Positions 12,189 through 23,675 are shown, numbered from the stretch's first letter. The stretch is DNA of 64,000 bases from an uncultured Candidatus Rokubacteria bacterium (GCA_963789955.1 CAWBMV010000034.1:1152001-1216000); one strand, 5' to 3'. Translations and numbers: made by a program. The notes: a model not told the origin generated them from the sequence alone.

Positions 12189-12258
12189 GAGCGCTCCGCC
12201 CTTCTGCCCTTCGTGGGCGATCGGTTAGACTAACATAGTTAGGGAAATCGGAGGACAC

Positions 12259-14570
12259 GTGGCCCAGCAACAGTCCGTCCAGATGCTCCAGGAGCGGCTA
12301 GCCTACGAGCAGAACCTCGTCCAGCTGGTCGATCGCATCCATTCCGCCAAGAGCATCGACAGCATCTTCATCGAGCTGCAGGGCGAGATCCTCGAGCTCC
12401 TCGACGCGGACCGGATGACGATCTATGCGGTCGACGCGGCCAAAAGTGAGCTCTACTCGAAGTTCCTGGCTCTCGATACCGTCAAGGAGATCCGCCTCCC
12501 GGTCAACGAGAAGAGCATCGCAGGCTACGTGGCCGCCTCCGCGCCGGATCGTCAACATCGCCGACGCCTATGACAAGGCCGAGCTGGCGCGAATCTCGCC
12601 CACCTTGAGCTTCGACGGATCCTGGGACAAGAAGACCGGCTTCAAGACCCAGCAGATCCTGGGCATGCCGATCCTGCACGACGGCAAGGCGATCGGGGTC
12701 ATCCAGCTCCTGAACAAGAAGCGGGGGGCCCGGTTCACCAAGGAAGACGAGACCGGAGCCTCGCGCATCGCCAAGACGCTCGGTATCGCCTTCAACAACC
12801 AGGCCCAGATCAGCCAGAGCCAGGAGCTGGCCCAGAGTCAGGCCAGACCCAAGACCAAGTTCGACTATCTCCTGGCCCAGCAGTCGGATCACGCAGGAGG
12901 AGCTCGCCTCGGCCGTCGCCGAGGCGCGCCGCCGCCAGAGCGACGTCGAGTCCATCCTGCTCGAGCAGTACAAGGTGCCGAGGGTCGATCTGGGGGTGTC
13001 GCTGAGCCAGTTCTACGAGTGCCCGTTCATCGAGTACGACGACAAGATCATCCCGCCGCCGGATCTGATGAAGGGGCTCCGGATCGAGTACCTGCGCCGC
13101 AACTTCTGGCTGCCGCTCCGGCGCGAGGACCACCACATCGTCGTGCTCATCGACAATCCGCAAGACCTGCAGCGCATCGACAGCGTCGCCCAGGCCCTGA
13201 AAAACCGGAAGATCAAGTGGGCGGTCGGGCTGCGAAAGGACATCCTGTCGTTCTTGGGTCAGGTGGGCGGCGGCGAGGCGGGCAAGGACTCGATCGGCAC
13301 GATCATCGGAGATCTGAGAGCCGAGGACGTCGGCGATACGCTCGACATGGGCGGCGGCGAGCTCGACGAGAACGACAGCGCCGTCATCCGCCTGGCGAAC
13401 CAGATCATCGTCGACGCGTACAAGGCGCGCGCCTCGGACATCCACATCGAGCCCTACGGCGCCCAGCGAGACACCGTCATCCGCTACCGGATCGATGGCG
13501 GCTGCGCGGAGTATCAGAAGATTCCGGGCGCCTACCGCCGGGCCATCGTGGCGCGCATCAAGATCATGGCCCAGCTCGACATCGCCGAGCGGCGCAAGCC
13601 GCAGGACGGCAAGATCAAGTTCAAGGTGGCCGATCGCGAGATCGAGCTGCGCGTGGCGACGATTCCGACCGCCAACCAGAACGAGGACGTGGTCATGCGC
13701 GTCCTCTCGTCGAGCGAGCTGATCCCCCTCGACAAGCTCGACATGACGCCGCGCAACGTGCGCGAGCTCAAGAAGGTCGCCGAGAAGCCGTACGGACTGA
13801 TCCTGTGCGTCGGGCCGACCGGCTCGGGCAAGACGACCACCCTGCATTCGCTCCTCGGCCACATCAACAAGCCCGACCGGAAGATCTGGACCGCCGAGGA
13901 CCCGGTCGAGATCACGCAGTACGGCCTTCGCCAGGTGCAGGTGATGCCGAAGATCGGCTTCGACTTCGCCGCCGCGATGCGCGCGTTCCTGCGCGCCGAT
14001 CCCGACGTGATCATGGTCGGCGAGATGCGCGACGAGGAGACGGCGGCGACCGGCATCGAGGCGTCGCTCACCGGCCATCTGGTGCTGAGCACCCTCCATA
14101 CCAACAGCGCCATCGAGACCATCATCCGCCTGCTCGACATGGGGCTCGATTCGTTCAACTTCGCCGACGCGCTGCTCGGTATCCTCGGCCAGCGGCTCGT
14201 CAAGCGCATCTGTAAGGACTGCCGCCAGGAATACCACCCCGAGCGCTCCGAGTACGACGAGCTGGCCGAGGCGTTCGGTGAAGAGGCCTTTGCAACCCTC
14301 AACCAGAAGTTCGACGGCTCGTTCGTCCTCTATCGCGGCAAAGGTTGCGCCTCGTGCAACAAGACCGGCTATCGCGGCCGCCTGGGTATCCACGAGCTCT
14401 TCATCGCGACCGACGAGATGAAGCGGCTCATCCAGTCGAAGGCGCGCGTGGCCGAGATGCTGGAGCAGGCCAAGGCCGAGGGCATGACGACGCTCGTGCA
14501 GGACGGCGTCCTCAAGACGCTCGGCGGTCTCACCGACTTCCGGCAGGTCAAGGCCGTCGCGATCAAGTAG
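12259..14570 (+). CDS. GspE/PilB-family ATPase with N-terminal GAF domain, two indels
   Basis: GAF: KSIAGYVA, DKKTGFKT, GVIQLLNK; ATPase: ASDIHIEP, GPTGSGKTTTL, TAEDPVE, DPDVIMVGEMRD, STLHTN, two CxxC. Confidence 0.9.
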
Positions 14571-14713
14571 TCTCGAGCTGCTATCGCGCCGGCGCGATCG
14601 CGCCGGGCGTCTCTCGCGTAGCACTCCGATCGCATCCTCGTAGATCCCGCGCCGCACTCGGCGTTTGTCGAGCGGGCCTCTCGAAGAAGCCGTATTATCT
14701 GCGGCGAGGCCGG

Positions 14714-14740
14714 GTATGAGGAAGCGAGTAGACTTCATAC
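14714..14740. promoter_or_regulatory. NikR-type operator upstream of tonB
   Basis: GTATGA-N15-TCATAC perfect palindrome containing TAGACT (-10-like). Confidence 0.75.
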
Positions 14741-14786
14741 GTGTCCGTGGTCGCGCGAGCTAGCGCGGACAAGTACACTCGAGCGC

Positions 14787-15656
14787 ATGTCGTCGCTGTC
14801 GTTCGCCGTCGTCGGACCGCGCGGAGCGCTGGGGCGGGTGGTGTGGCCGCTGGCATGCTCGCTGGCGATTCATCTCGGGTTGGGCGCGATCGCCGTCCTT
14901 GCCGGCTCCGTGGAGCTGCCGTGGCTGCAACCGCCTCGCGCCGTGTGGCTCGACCTCGAGCCGATGGTCATTCCGGCGCCGCCGGCTCCCGCACCGCCCG
15001 CTCCGGTGACGCCGCCCCGCCCCGTCCGTCCGCCGGCGGTCGAGCCGCGCAAGGTTCCAGCGTCGTCGCCGGTATCGGAGCAACTGGTGGCGCCGCCGGC
15101 GCCGCCTCTGCCGTCGCCACCAGCGCGCGAGGTGACGGCGCCGGAGCCGCCGGCTCAGGCTCCGCCGAGCCCGCCGCAGACGGCCGTCGCCGTTGAGTCG
15201 CTGAAACCATCCGAGCCCGATCGCAGCGGAACGCCGCCGAGCACCGCGGCAGGCGAGAGGACTCCGATCGACGCGCAGCCGTCACGGGTCCCGCAAGAGC
15301 GCGCAGGCGAGGGAGCGGGAAGGTCCGCCGTCGCGTCGCGCACTCCCGACTCGGCTCCGGGGGGCCCGATCGTCCGGGCCGCTCGGCCGAAGGGCGGCTA
15401 CCAGGTGCGTCCCGTCTATCCGGAGTCGGCGCGGCGCGCCGGCATCCAGGGAACGACCCTGCTGCGGATCCACATCGAGGTGGACGGACATGTGAGCGAC
15501 GTCAGCGTCCAGCGGTCGGCGGGACACCAATCACTGGACGAGGCCGCGGCCGACGCCGTGCGGCGCTGGCGCTTCGAGCCCGCGCTCAACTCGGCGGGCC
15601 CGGTGTCGATGTGGGCCGTGGTTCCGGTCGAGTTTCGGATCAGCGACCGGGACTGA
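14787..15656 (+). CDS. tonB: TonB-family energy transducer
   Basis: TM segment with SLAIH, Pro-rich linker, C-terminal PVYPESARRAGIQG..LDEAAADAVRRWRFEPA. Confidence 0.88.
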   Translation: MSSLSFAVVGPRGALGRVVWPLACSLAIHLGLGAIAVLAGSVELPWLQPPRAVWLDLEPMVIPAPPAPAPPAPVTPPRPVRPPAVEPRKVPASSPVSEQLVAPPAPPLPSPPAREVTAPEPPAQAPPSPPQTAVAVESLKPSEPDRSGTPPSTAAGERTPIDAQPSRVPQERAGEGAGRSAVASRTPDSAPGGPIVRAARPKGGYQVRPVYPESARRAGIQGTTLLRIHIEVDGHVSDVSVQRSAGHQSLDEAAADAVRRWRFEPALNSAGPVSMWAVVPVEFRISDRD

Positions 15657-15659
15657 CGT

Positions 15660-17726
15660 CTAGAAGCGGACCGCCAGACCGCCGAGCACCGTTCGCGGAT
15701 TTCCGGGCGTGTAGTGGATGTCCGGCACGCCGCCCGCCGGCTCTCCGGCCAGTCGTGACGTGAAGAAGAACTGTGCTTCACGGTACTCGGTGTTGGCGAG
15801 GTTCTCGATGCTGACGAACGCCTCGAGCCACTTGTAGCGATAGCGCGTGGTGAAATCGAACAGTAAATAGCCCCGCGCGGTCTGGTGCCGCTCCTCGTCG
15901 GCGTATCGGTCACCCAGGAAGCGCATGGCCAGACTGGACGAAAGTCCCCACGGCAGGCGGGCGGTCAGGTCGGCGCGAGACGTCAACAGCGGAGCGAGCG
16001 GAATCGCCCCGCCCGTGTCGAATTCGGCCTTGGCCGCGGTGACGTCTCCCGAGAACGTGAGCCAGTCCAGAATCTTCACGCGCATCGCGAACTCGATGCC
16101 GTCACGATGGCTCGGCCCGCGGGCTTCGGTGGTGCCGTCGTCGCCGACGAAGACCAGCTCGCTGGCGAGGTCGATCACCCAGTAGGTCAGCGACAGCTCG
16201 GTTCGCGGGATCGCCTTGCTCCTCAGACCGAACTCGTAGCCCTGCGCGGTCGGCAGGGCCGTCAAGTTGGGATCGGAGATGACCGCCCGCGCGTCGTTGC
16301 TGTGGTAGCCGGTTCCGAAATTCGCGAAGAACTCGGTCTGGTACCACGGGCCGAGGGCGAGGTTCGCCTTGACGTTGGGTCGCGCCTTCGTGACCCGGCC
16401 GTTCAGATCGTCGCCCGTCGTGTTGACCCGCGAGTGCACGTCGTAGGTGAAGATGTCGCCCCGCGCCCCCGTGACGAATCGCAGCCACGGCAGCGGCACG
16501 ACGTCGAACTTCACGAACGGCGAGTACGACTGCTCGACGATCGAGACGTCCTGCGTCCGCGCGAGCTGATGGCGCTGAACGGACGTGGCGAGCACCACGC
16601 GCGGCGTGTCGATACGATACTGGAAGCCGGCCGAGCTGGTCAGGCTGACGCCGAACGGGCGCGTCTGGTACTGGTAGAGCGCGTCGAAGCCGGCCATGAA
16701 GCGCCGGTCGCGCTGGTTGATCTCGTCGCCGTTCTGCGGGTCGTTCAGGAAGAACGTGAAGTCGTTGAAGAGATCGAGCTCGTAGTACGTGCCATACGTG
16801 TGCACGGTGACGAGCTGGTTCTCGTCGAGCTTCCAGCGCCAGTCGACGTTGAGGTTGGCGCGCTGAGTGCTGCCGCCTTCGTTGGGGTCGATGGAGCCGA
16901 AACGAGAGATGAGACCGGCCCGAACCGCCCGCGCCGGGATCTCCCCCGAGCCGTGCCAGTCGGCCATGTAGTAGGACGCCCACACCGCCAGGTCCATGCC
17001 CTCGGCCAGGGTCGCCTTGGCCTTCGCGAACAGATTGAAGCGCTCGTAGCCGTTGGGATGCTCGAAGGGCCCGTCGCTCCGGTAGTACTCGATCGCGACG
17101 AGCGTCTTCAGCGCGTCACGCGTCGGAGAGATGAGCGTCAGGTAGCGCTGGGTGCCCCACGAGCCGCCGGCCGCCTCTGCGTAGTTCTCGTCGACGGTGT
17201 CGCGCATGACGAAGTTGAAGGCGCCCGCGGTCGCGAAGTCGCCGAACTCGACGAAGTAGGGACCCTTGAAGCCGTCGAGCCGCTGGACGGTCTCGGGAAT
17301 CAGAAAATGGAGATCGGCGTAGCCCTGGCCGTGCGCGTGACTGCGCAGGTTGACGGGCAGCCCGTCGATGTAGAGCGCCACGTCGGTCCCGTGGTCGGCG
17401 TCGAAGCCGCGCAGGAAGTACTGCTCGGCCTTGCCGCCGCCCTGGTGCTGGCTGATCACGAACCCGGGCACGAGGCGCAGGATGTCGGCGGGCCGACCCT
17501 CGGGGCGCAGCTGGAAATCGCGTCCGGGGATGAAGACCTCCGACGACGACGAGACCGGCGGCGGCGCCGTCACGACCACCGGCGCCAACGTCGGCTCCTC
17601 GGGCCGCGCCGGCGGCTCCTCGGGCTTCGGCGCCGGCTCCTGCGCCGACACCCCGTGCGCCATCGACAAGCCAATCAGCAAGGCGACGCCGGCGAGCCGG
17701 CGACGAGAAATCGGAGTCGAGAGCAC
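15660..17726 (-). CDS. TonB-dependent receptor, probably for nickel or another metal
   Basis: Signal peptide, VVVTA TonB box, His-containing plug (QHQGGGKAEQYFLRGFDADHG, HAHGQGY), C-terminal F; probable GTG start at 17726. Confidence 0.88.
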   Translation of the reverse strand: MLSTPISRRRLAGVALLIGLSMAHGVSAQEPAPKPEEPPARPEEPTLAPVVVTAPPPVSSSSEVFIPGRDFQLRPEGRPADILRLVPGFVISQHQGGGKAEQYFLRGFDADHGTDVALYIDGLPVNLRSHAHGQGYADLHFLIPETVQRLDGFKGPYFVEFGDFATAGAFNFVMRDTVDENYAEAAGGSWGTQRYLTLISPTRDALKTLVAIEYYRSDGPFEHPNGYERFNLFAKAKATLAEGMDLAVWASYYMADWHGSGEIPARAVRAGLISRFGSIDPNEGGSTQRANLNVDWRWKLDENQLVTVHTYGTYYELDLFNDFTFFLNDPQNGDEINQRDRRFMAGFDALYQYQTRPFGVSLTSSAGFQYRIDTPRVVLATSVQRHQLARTQDVSIVEQSYSPFVKFDVVPLPWLRFVTGARGDIFTYDVHSRVNTTGDDLNGRVTKARPNVKANLALGPWYQTEFFANFGTGYHSNDARAVISDPNLTALPTAQGYEFGLRSKAIPRTELSLTYWVIDLASELVFVGDDGTTEARGPSHRDGIEFAMRVKILDWLTFSGDVTAAKAEFDTGGAIPLAPLLTSRADLTARLPWGLSSSLAMRFLGDRYADEERHQTARGYLLFDFTTRYRYKWLEAFVSIENLANTEYREAQFFFTSRLAGEPAGGVPDIHYTPGNPRTVLGGLAVRF

Positions 17727-17753
17727 GTATGAACATTTTCCGGAAGGTAATAC
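17727..17753. promoter_or_regulatory. NikR-type operator between the receptor gene and nikR
   Basis: GTATGA-N15-TAATAC, same spacing as the 14714 site. Confidence 0.72.
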
Positions 17754-17790
17754 CACACGAGCACGGGCTGATCCAGTACATTCCCGATCC

Positions 17791-18217
17791 ATGGACGAAG
17801 AACGGGCCGTCCGGTTCACGGTCTCACTGCCGGCGCGGCTGATGCGGACGTTGGACCGGCTGGCCGCCGGCCGGCGCTATAGCAATCGCAGCGAGTTCGT
17901 GCGCGACCTGCTCCGGGGTGAGCTCGTGAAAGAGGAGTGGGCGGCGCTGCCGGGCGAGACGGTCGGCGTGCTGACCCTCGTCTACGACCACGAGACGCAC
18001 GCGCTCGCGGACAAGCTCACCGACATCCAGCACCACGGCTTCCGCTCGATCACCGCGAGCCTGCACGTCCACCTCGATGAGCACTCCTGCCTCGAGGTCA
18101 TCGCGCTGCGTGGCTCGTCACGACGCATTCGGGCAGATCGCCAACGAGCTGCTGGCGGTCAAAGGCGTTCGCTACGGACAGCTCGTGCCGGCTACTCGCG
18201 GCAAGCGCCTGACCTAG
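17791..18217 (+). CDS. nikR: Nickel-responsive regulator NikR, indel near the C-terminus
   Basis: RFTVSLP ribbon, YSNRSEFVRDL, LTLVYDH, IQH, HVHLDEHSCLEV; KGVRYGQLV continues in another frame. Confidence 0.92.
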
Positions 18218-18225
18218 CTCTTCGC

Positions 18226-18379
18226 TGGAGGCGGCCGGGTGGGCGGGGCCGTGGGGGCGCTTCCCGGGATCCGACTGCTGACTCCGCGTGGGGCTCGACT
18301 TGGGTGCGCCTCGCGTGGGCGAGCGCTGACTACACGGATCCCGGGAAGCACCCCACCCCGGCCCCGCCCGACCCGGCCG
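18226..18379 (-). repeat. Palindromic intergenic element, copy 2
   Basis: Arms 18232-18273 and 18335-18379; shares CCCGGGATCCGACTGCTGA and CTACACGGATCCCGGGA with the reverse complement of copy 1. Confidence 0.82.
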
Positions 18380-18562
18380 GCTGTCGCGCGAGCTTGGTCG
18401 TGGCTTGACCGTGCGTGGTCGGACGGGACACGATCCCGAGGCTTGTCGCGTAGATCAGGACGAGACGTCGATCGCGGTGACGCGTGGTTGCGGGAAGTTC
18501 GCTTCGGCGATGGTCTTCTGCGATCGTCTTGGGGATCGACCTCTTGTCGCGGGGAGAGTTGA

Positions 18563-19786
18563 GTGGACTGGAAGGTGAGGGTCTGTGCGTCGGTGGACGA
18601 GATGCGGGCGGCGGTGAGCCCGATCTGGCATTACTTCGGACGCACCGGGCCGAATGACGATCAGATCGACGGCTCTCGCGCGTGTCCTGCCCGCGGAACG
18701 TGTGCATGCCGTCTGGGACGACGGCCATCGCGTGTGGGCGGCGCCGGCGCGTTTCCGTTTACGTTGACCGTGCCCGGCGGACGCGTGCGCGCGGCCGGCG
18801 TGACCGTCGTCGGCGTTCTCCCGACTCATCGCCGGCGCGGTGTCCTGCGTTCGATGATGCGTGCGCAGCTCGACGCGTGCCGGGCGCACGGCGACGTCGG
18901 TCGCCTACCTGTGGGCCACCGAGGACACGCATCTACGGTCGCTTCGGCTACGGCCTGGCGTCGTACTCTGGCTGGAGATCGATCTTGCGCGCGAGCGATC
19001 GGCCTACTACGCCCCGGCCGAGCCGCTTGGACAGGCGCGACTCGTCCCGCTCGCAGCAGCCGAGCCTCTCGTCGCGGCGGTGTGGGAACGCGTCGCAGCC
19101 GTCACGCCGGGCATGTTCGCGCGGACATCCGCCTGGTGGCAGGCGCGCTCACTGGCCGATCCCGACTGGCGACGACGCGGCGGCGGCGACCTGCAGTGCG
19201 CCGTCCTCGAGGCCAGCGGCCAGTCGACGGCGTACGCGCTCTATCGTCTCAGCGCGGCGTACGACCGCGGCGTGCGACCGGGTCGCTCGACGTCGTCGAG
19301 GCGATGGGCGACTCGCCCGAAGCGACGCGCGCGATCTGGCGCTTCCTGCTCGACGTCGACTTGGTCGCGCGCGTAAGGGCGACGATCTTGCCGATCGATC
19401 ATCCGCTTCTTCTGCTGGTGGCCGAGCCGCGTCGGCTCCGCGCGAGCATGCGCGACGGACTCTGGGTTCGGCTCGTGGACGTCGGTGCCGCGCTGGCGGC
19501 GCGTTCGTACGGGGCGGGGGACTCCATCGTCGTCGAGGTGGCCGATGAGTTCTGCCCGTGGAACCGGGGCCGGTGGCGTGTGGGCCGGCCGGCGTCGGGC
19601 GCACGAACGATCCGGCCGAGCTCTCGTGCGACGTCACCGCGCTCGGCTCCGTCTATCTCGGGGGGCTGACGTGGGCGCAGCTCGCCCGCTCGCTGCGCGT
19701 CGCGGAGCTTCGACCCGGTGCGTTCAAGCGCGCCGACGCGCTCTTCCGCGCTCGACTCCGCGCCCTGGTGCCCTGAGATTTTCTGA
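18563..19786 (+). CDS. Eis-like GNAT acetyltransferase with SCP2-like C-terminus, many indels
   Basis: VGVLPTHRRRG, IYGRFGYG, DGLWVRLVDV..ALAARSY, LGSVYLGG, ends PWCPEIF. Confidence 0.85.
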
Positions 19787-19822
19787 CGCGCTCGGCGAAC
19801 CCACCGCCGGGGCGCGCCAGCG

Positions 19823-21125
19823 CTACTTCATCGTTCGCGGGATGAAGAGCGCGAGATCGGGAAAGAGCATCAGCAGGGCGAGCAGGAGCGCCATCGCGGC
19901 CAGGAACGGGGCGGTGCCGACGAACACGCCCTGGATCGACACGTCCTTCGACATGCCCGAGATCACGAAGACGTTCATGCCGACCGGAGGCGTGATGAGG
20001 CCCACCTCGACCAGGATGACCAGCACCACGCCGAACCAGATCGGGTCGTAGCCGAGCGCCTGGATGACGGGAAAGAAGATGGGCACGGTCAGGAGCACCA
20101 TCGCCAGGCTGTCCATCAGCCCGCCGAGGATCACGTAGGTGACGATGATGAAGATCATCACCCACGTCGCCGAGACCGGCAGGCCCGAGAAGAACGACGC
20201 GAGCGCCATCGGCACCTTCGTGACCGCCATGAAGTAGCCGAGGACGATCGCGCCGATGAGGATGCCGAAGATCATCGCGGTCGTCGTCGTGGTCGCGACC
20301 AGCGCTTCCGTCAGCGATCGCCGCGTCACTCTTGCCGCGGGCCGCCGCGAAGAGAAACGCGCCGAACGCGCCGACGGCGGCGGCTTCCGTCGCGGTGAAG
20401 ACGCCGAGATACATCCCGCCGATGACGACGAAGAAGAGCGCGATGACCGCCCACACCCGGCGCAGCGCTGCGAGCCGCTCGAGGAACGGGGTACGGACCA
20501 CGGCCGGCCCCAGCGCCGGATTGACCCAGGTGACGACGGCAATGGTGACGACGAAGAGCGCCACGAGCAGGATGCCCGGGGCGATCCCGGCCAGGAAGAG
20601 CTTGCCGATCGACTGCTCGGTCAGGAATCCGTAGATCAGGAACATGACGCTCGGCGGGATCAGAATGCCGAGCGTGCCGCCGGCCGCCACGCAGCCGGTG
20701 GCCAGCTTGGCGTTGTAGCCGACCTTGCGCATCTCCGGGAGCGCGATCGTGCCCATCGTGGCGGCGGTGGCCAGGCTCGAGCCGCAGATGGCCGCAAAGC
20801 CGCCGCACGCGACGACGGTGGCCATCGCGAGCCCGCCGCGAAAGTGACCGAACCACCGGTTGGCCGTGTCGTAAAGCTCCTGGCTCAGGCCGGCCATCGT
20901 CGCGAAGTGCCCCATCAACACGAAGAGCGGTAGCACGGTCAGCGTGAAGGAGGCGACGTTTCCGTAGGGCACGAGGCCGAGCATCGCCAGCGCGGCCTGC
21001 CAGCCACTGAGATACGCGAAGCCGAAGAAGCCCACGACGCCCATCGAGACGCCGATGGGGACACGGAGTGCCATCAACACGAGCATGGCCACGATGCCGA
21101 GCGTGCCGATGCCGGTGGCGGTCAC
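19823..21125 (-). CDS. TRAP transporter large permease (DctM family), one indel
   Basis: LPLFVLMG, GSSLATAATMG, GGTLGILIPPS, GLITPPVGMN. Confidence 0.9.
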
Positions 21126-21602
21126 GGTCGGCGCAGCCGCTTGAGCGCGGCGAACGTTCGCGCGAGCAGCGCGAGCGTGAAGAGCAGCGTCCCGATGACG
21201 GCGACCCACACGAACGGCCCGATCGGCAGACCGAGATTCGGCGTGGTCTCGCCGGCTCCCCAGACGTTCTGGGCGTGGAGCGCCGTCGCGCCAGGTGATC
21301 GCGCCCCAGAACGCCGCGCTCAGGAGCGCCGCGAAGGTCTCGCTCAGCGCGCGGCCGCGCGGCGGCAGCTTGGCCACGAGCACGTCGATGTCGACGTGCC
21401 CGTTCCTGAGCTCGGTGACGGCGAAGGCGCCGAAGACGAGGAACACCATGAACAGCTCGCTGAGCTCGAGGGCCCCGGGCAGCGGACGATTGAAGAGGTA
21501 GCGCCCGCCGACGTCGATGACGGTGATCACGGTCATGGCGACGAGCGCGACGAGGCTCACCACGTTCGCGACGCCGATCGCGCCGCGGAGGAGCGCGCCC
21601 AC
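21122..21602 (-). CDS. TRAP transporter small permease (DctQ family), indel
   Basis: DVGGRYLFNRPLPGALE, GHVDID; lies between DctP and DctM. Confidence 0.85.
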
Positions 21603-21612
21603 CGTCAGCTCT

Positions 21613-22649
21613 TCACGGATCGTAGCGCTTGATCGCCTCGCGCAGATCCGTCAGGATCTGCCGCGCGGGCAGCCCCTTGGACTCCATGCTGGTCAGCCAC
21701 TCGTCCTCGACCGGCTTGAGCTTGGCGGCCCAGCGCGCCCGCTCGTCGGCGAGGCACGGTGTAGATCGTCGCGCCGACCTTCTTGGCCGCGGCGATGCCC
21801 TCGAGCTCGTTCTTGTCCCAGACCGCTGCCGGTGAACTCGGCGCCCCAGGCGCCGCTCAGATCGTCGATGACCTTGCGGAGGTCCGGCGGCAGGCTGTCG
21901 TACTTCTGCTGGTTCATGATCGTCATGAGCGGGGTGGCATAGAGATCCACCACCGTGTGATGGCGCAGGACTTCGGACAGCTTGAACGAGTACACCGCCT
22001 CCCACGGGAAGATGGTCCCATCGACGACGCCGCGCTCGAGGGCGTTGTAGGCCTCGGGTGCCGGGATCGTGACGGGTGTGGCGCCGAGCGCCTTGACCAT
22101 CGCGACGGTCCACGGCGTCGCCGACCGGATCTTGAGCCCGACGAGGTCCTCGGGAGTGTGAACCGCCTTCTTGGCCATGTGGAACTGCCCGGGCGGATGC
22201 ACCCAGATCCAGAGCATCTTGATCCCGCCGAACTCCGCCTTCAGATCTTTGTCGTAGATGGACCACACCGCCTGGCTGCCGCCCTTGGCCGACTTGAACA
22301 GCAGCGGCAATTCGGTGACCGTGCTGCGCGGGAATCGCCCGGGCGTATACCCGAGGGCCGCGAAGCCCATGTCGGCGATGCCGTTCTTCACGAGGTCCCA
22401 GTGGTCGGAGGCCTTGCCGAGCGTCGAGCCCGGGTAGATCGTCACCTTGAGTCGGCCCCCGCTCTTCTCCTCGATCATCTTGCTCCAGGGGACCAGCACG
22501 CCGGTGTGGTGGCCGTGGCCGACGCCGACCCAGCTCGAGAATTTCAGCTCGATCGGCTGCACTTTGTCCTGCGCCGCGATCGGCGCGGATGCGAGGCAGG
22601 CGAGCGCCACGGTCAACGTCAGGGCCAGACCCATCCATCGAGTTCTCAT
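21613..22649 (-). CDS. TRAP substrate-binding protein (DctP family), indels near the C-terminus
   Basis: Signal peptide, IEEKSGGRLKV, EDLVGLKIR, EAYNALERGVVDG, YDSLPPDLRK. Confidence 0.9.
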
Positions 22650-22694
22650 TCTCGGTCTCCTTTGGGGGCTCGAGTTCGGCGCCTGAGATTACCA

Positions 22695-23499
22695 AAACTC
22701 TGCGCGTTCGTCGGGCAACTTCTGGGTGTCGCCGTTCGCCGGCCTCGGCGCCGCTCCACGGCCGGCCGACTGTCGCGATCGAGGAAGTAGTTGATCCACG
22801 AGACTCGTGTCGCGCAGCCGGCGATCGGGAGGCGGCATGAATCCGGCCGCTGGAACGCCGTTCGCGCGCCAGTCGAATCTCGACATCAAGACGGGCCAGC
22901 TGATCCCGCAGGGCGATCGACGGATGGTCTACCAGCTCGCGAACATGCTCTGGCACAGCGACAGCTCGTTCAAGACGGTGCCGGCGCTCTGCTCGCTGCT
23001 CTCGGCGCGGATCATCCCGCCGGAGGGCGGTGCCACCGAGTTCGCCGGCATGCGCGCCGGCGACGCGGCGTTGCCGGAGGCGACGAAGCGGCGGATCGAG
23101 ACCCTCGTGGTCGTTCACGACTTCGCGTGGTCGCGGGATCAGGTCCAGGCCGGATTCTTCATCGAGCGCGAGCGCGCGGAGTATCCGCCGGTGCGCCATC
23201 CGCTCGTGCGCGCGAACCCCGTCAACGGGCGGCGAGCGCTCTTCATGGGCGCTCACGCCTCGCATATCGAGGGCATGACGATCGCGGAGGGGCGCGCGCT
23301 GTTGAAGGAGCTTCTGGATCGCGCCACGCAGCCCGCGTTCGTCTACCGTCACGAGTGGCGCGAAGGCGACCTGGTCGTGTGGGACAACCGCAGCGTGTTG
23401 CACCGCGCCACGCCCTACGACACCGTGCGCTACAAGCGATTGATGCAGCGCACGACGATCTCGGGCGATCCTGCCGAAATCGCTGCCGTCGCGGGCTAG
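22695..23499 (+). pseudogene. TauD/TfdA-family Fe(II)/2-oxoglutarate dioxygenase with degraded N-terminus
   Basis: Intact core WHSDSSF, GGATEFA, WDNRSVLHRA; N-terminal remnant (AFVGQLLGV) is out of frame and the VLVFR segment seen in the 35.4-kb paralog is absent. Confidence 0.65.
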
Positions 23500-23675
23500 C
23501 GTAGTCTCCGCATCTCCGTCGTGGTCGCCGCGCTCCGTAGGTGCTCCTGTTGCGCGCCGGTGACGATCGCTCGCACCCGGGCGTAGTATGAACATGAGCC
23601 GAGCTCGACGAAGCTCGCGGCCGTGTCGTGAGCGAGGCGAGAAAACAAGAAGACCACGGACGCAGGAGGTGAGAC

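Noticed and set aside
19653..21602. Apparent DctQ-DctM fusion
   Set aside because: Indel artefact. DctQ stops at 21122, overlapping the DctM GTG.
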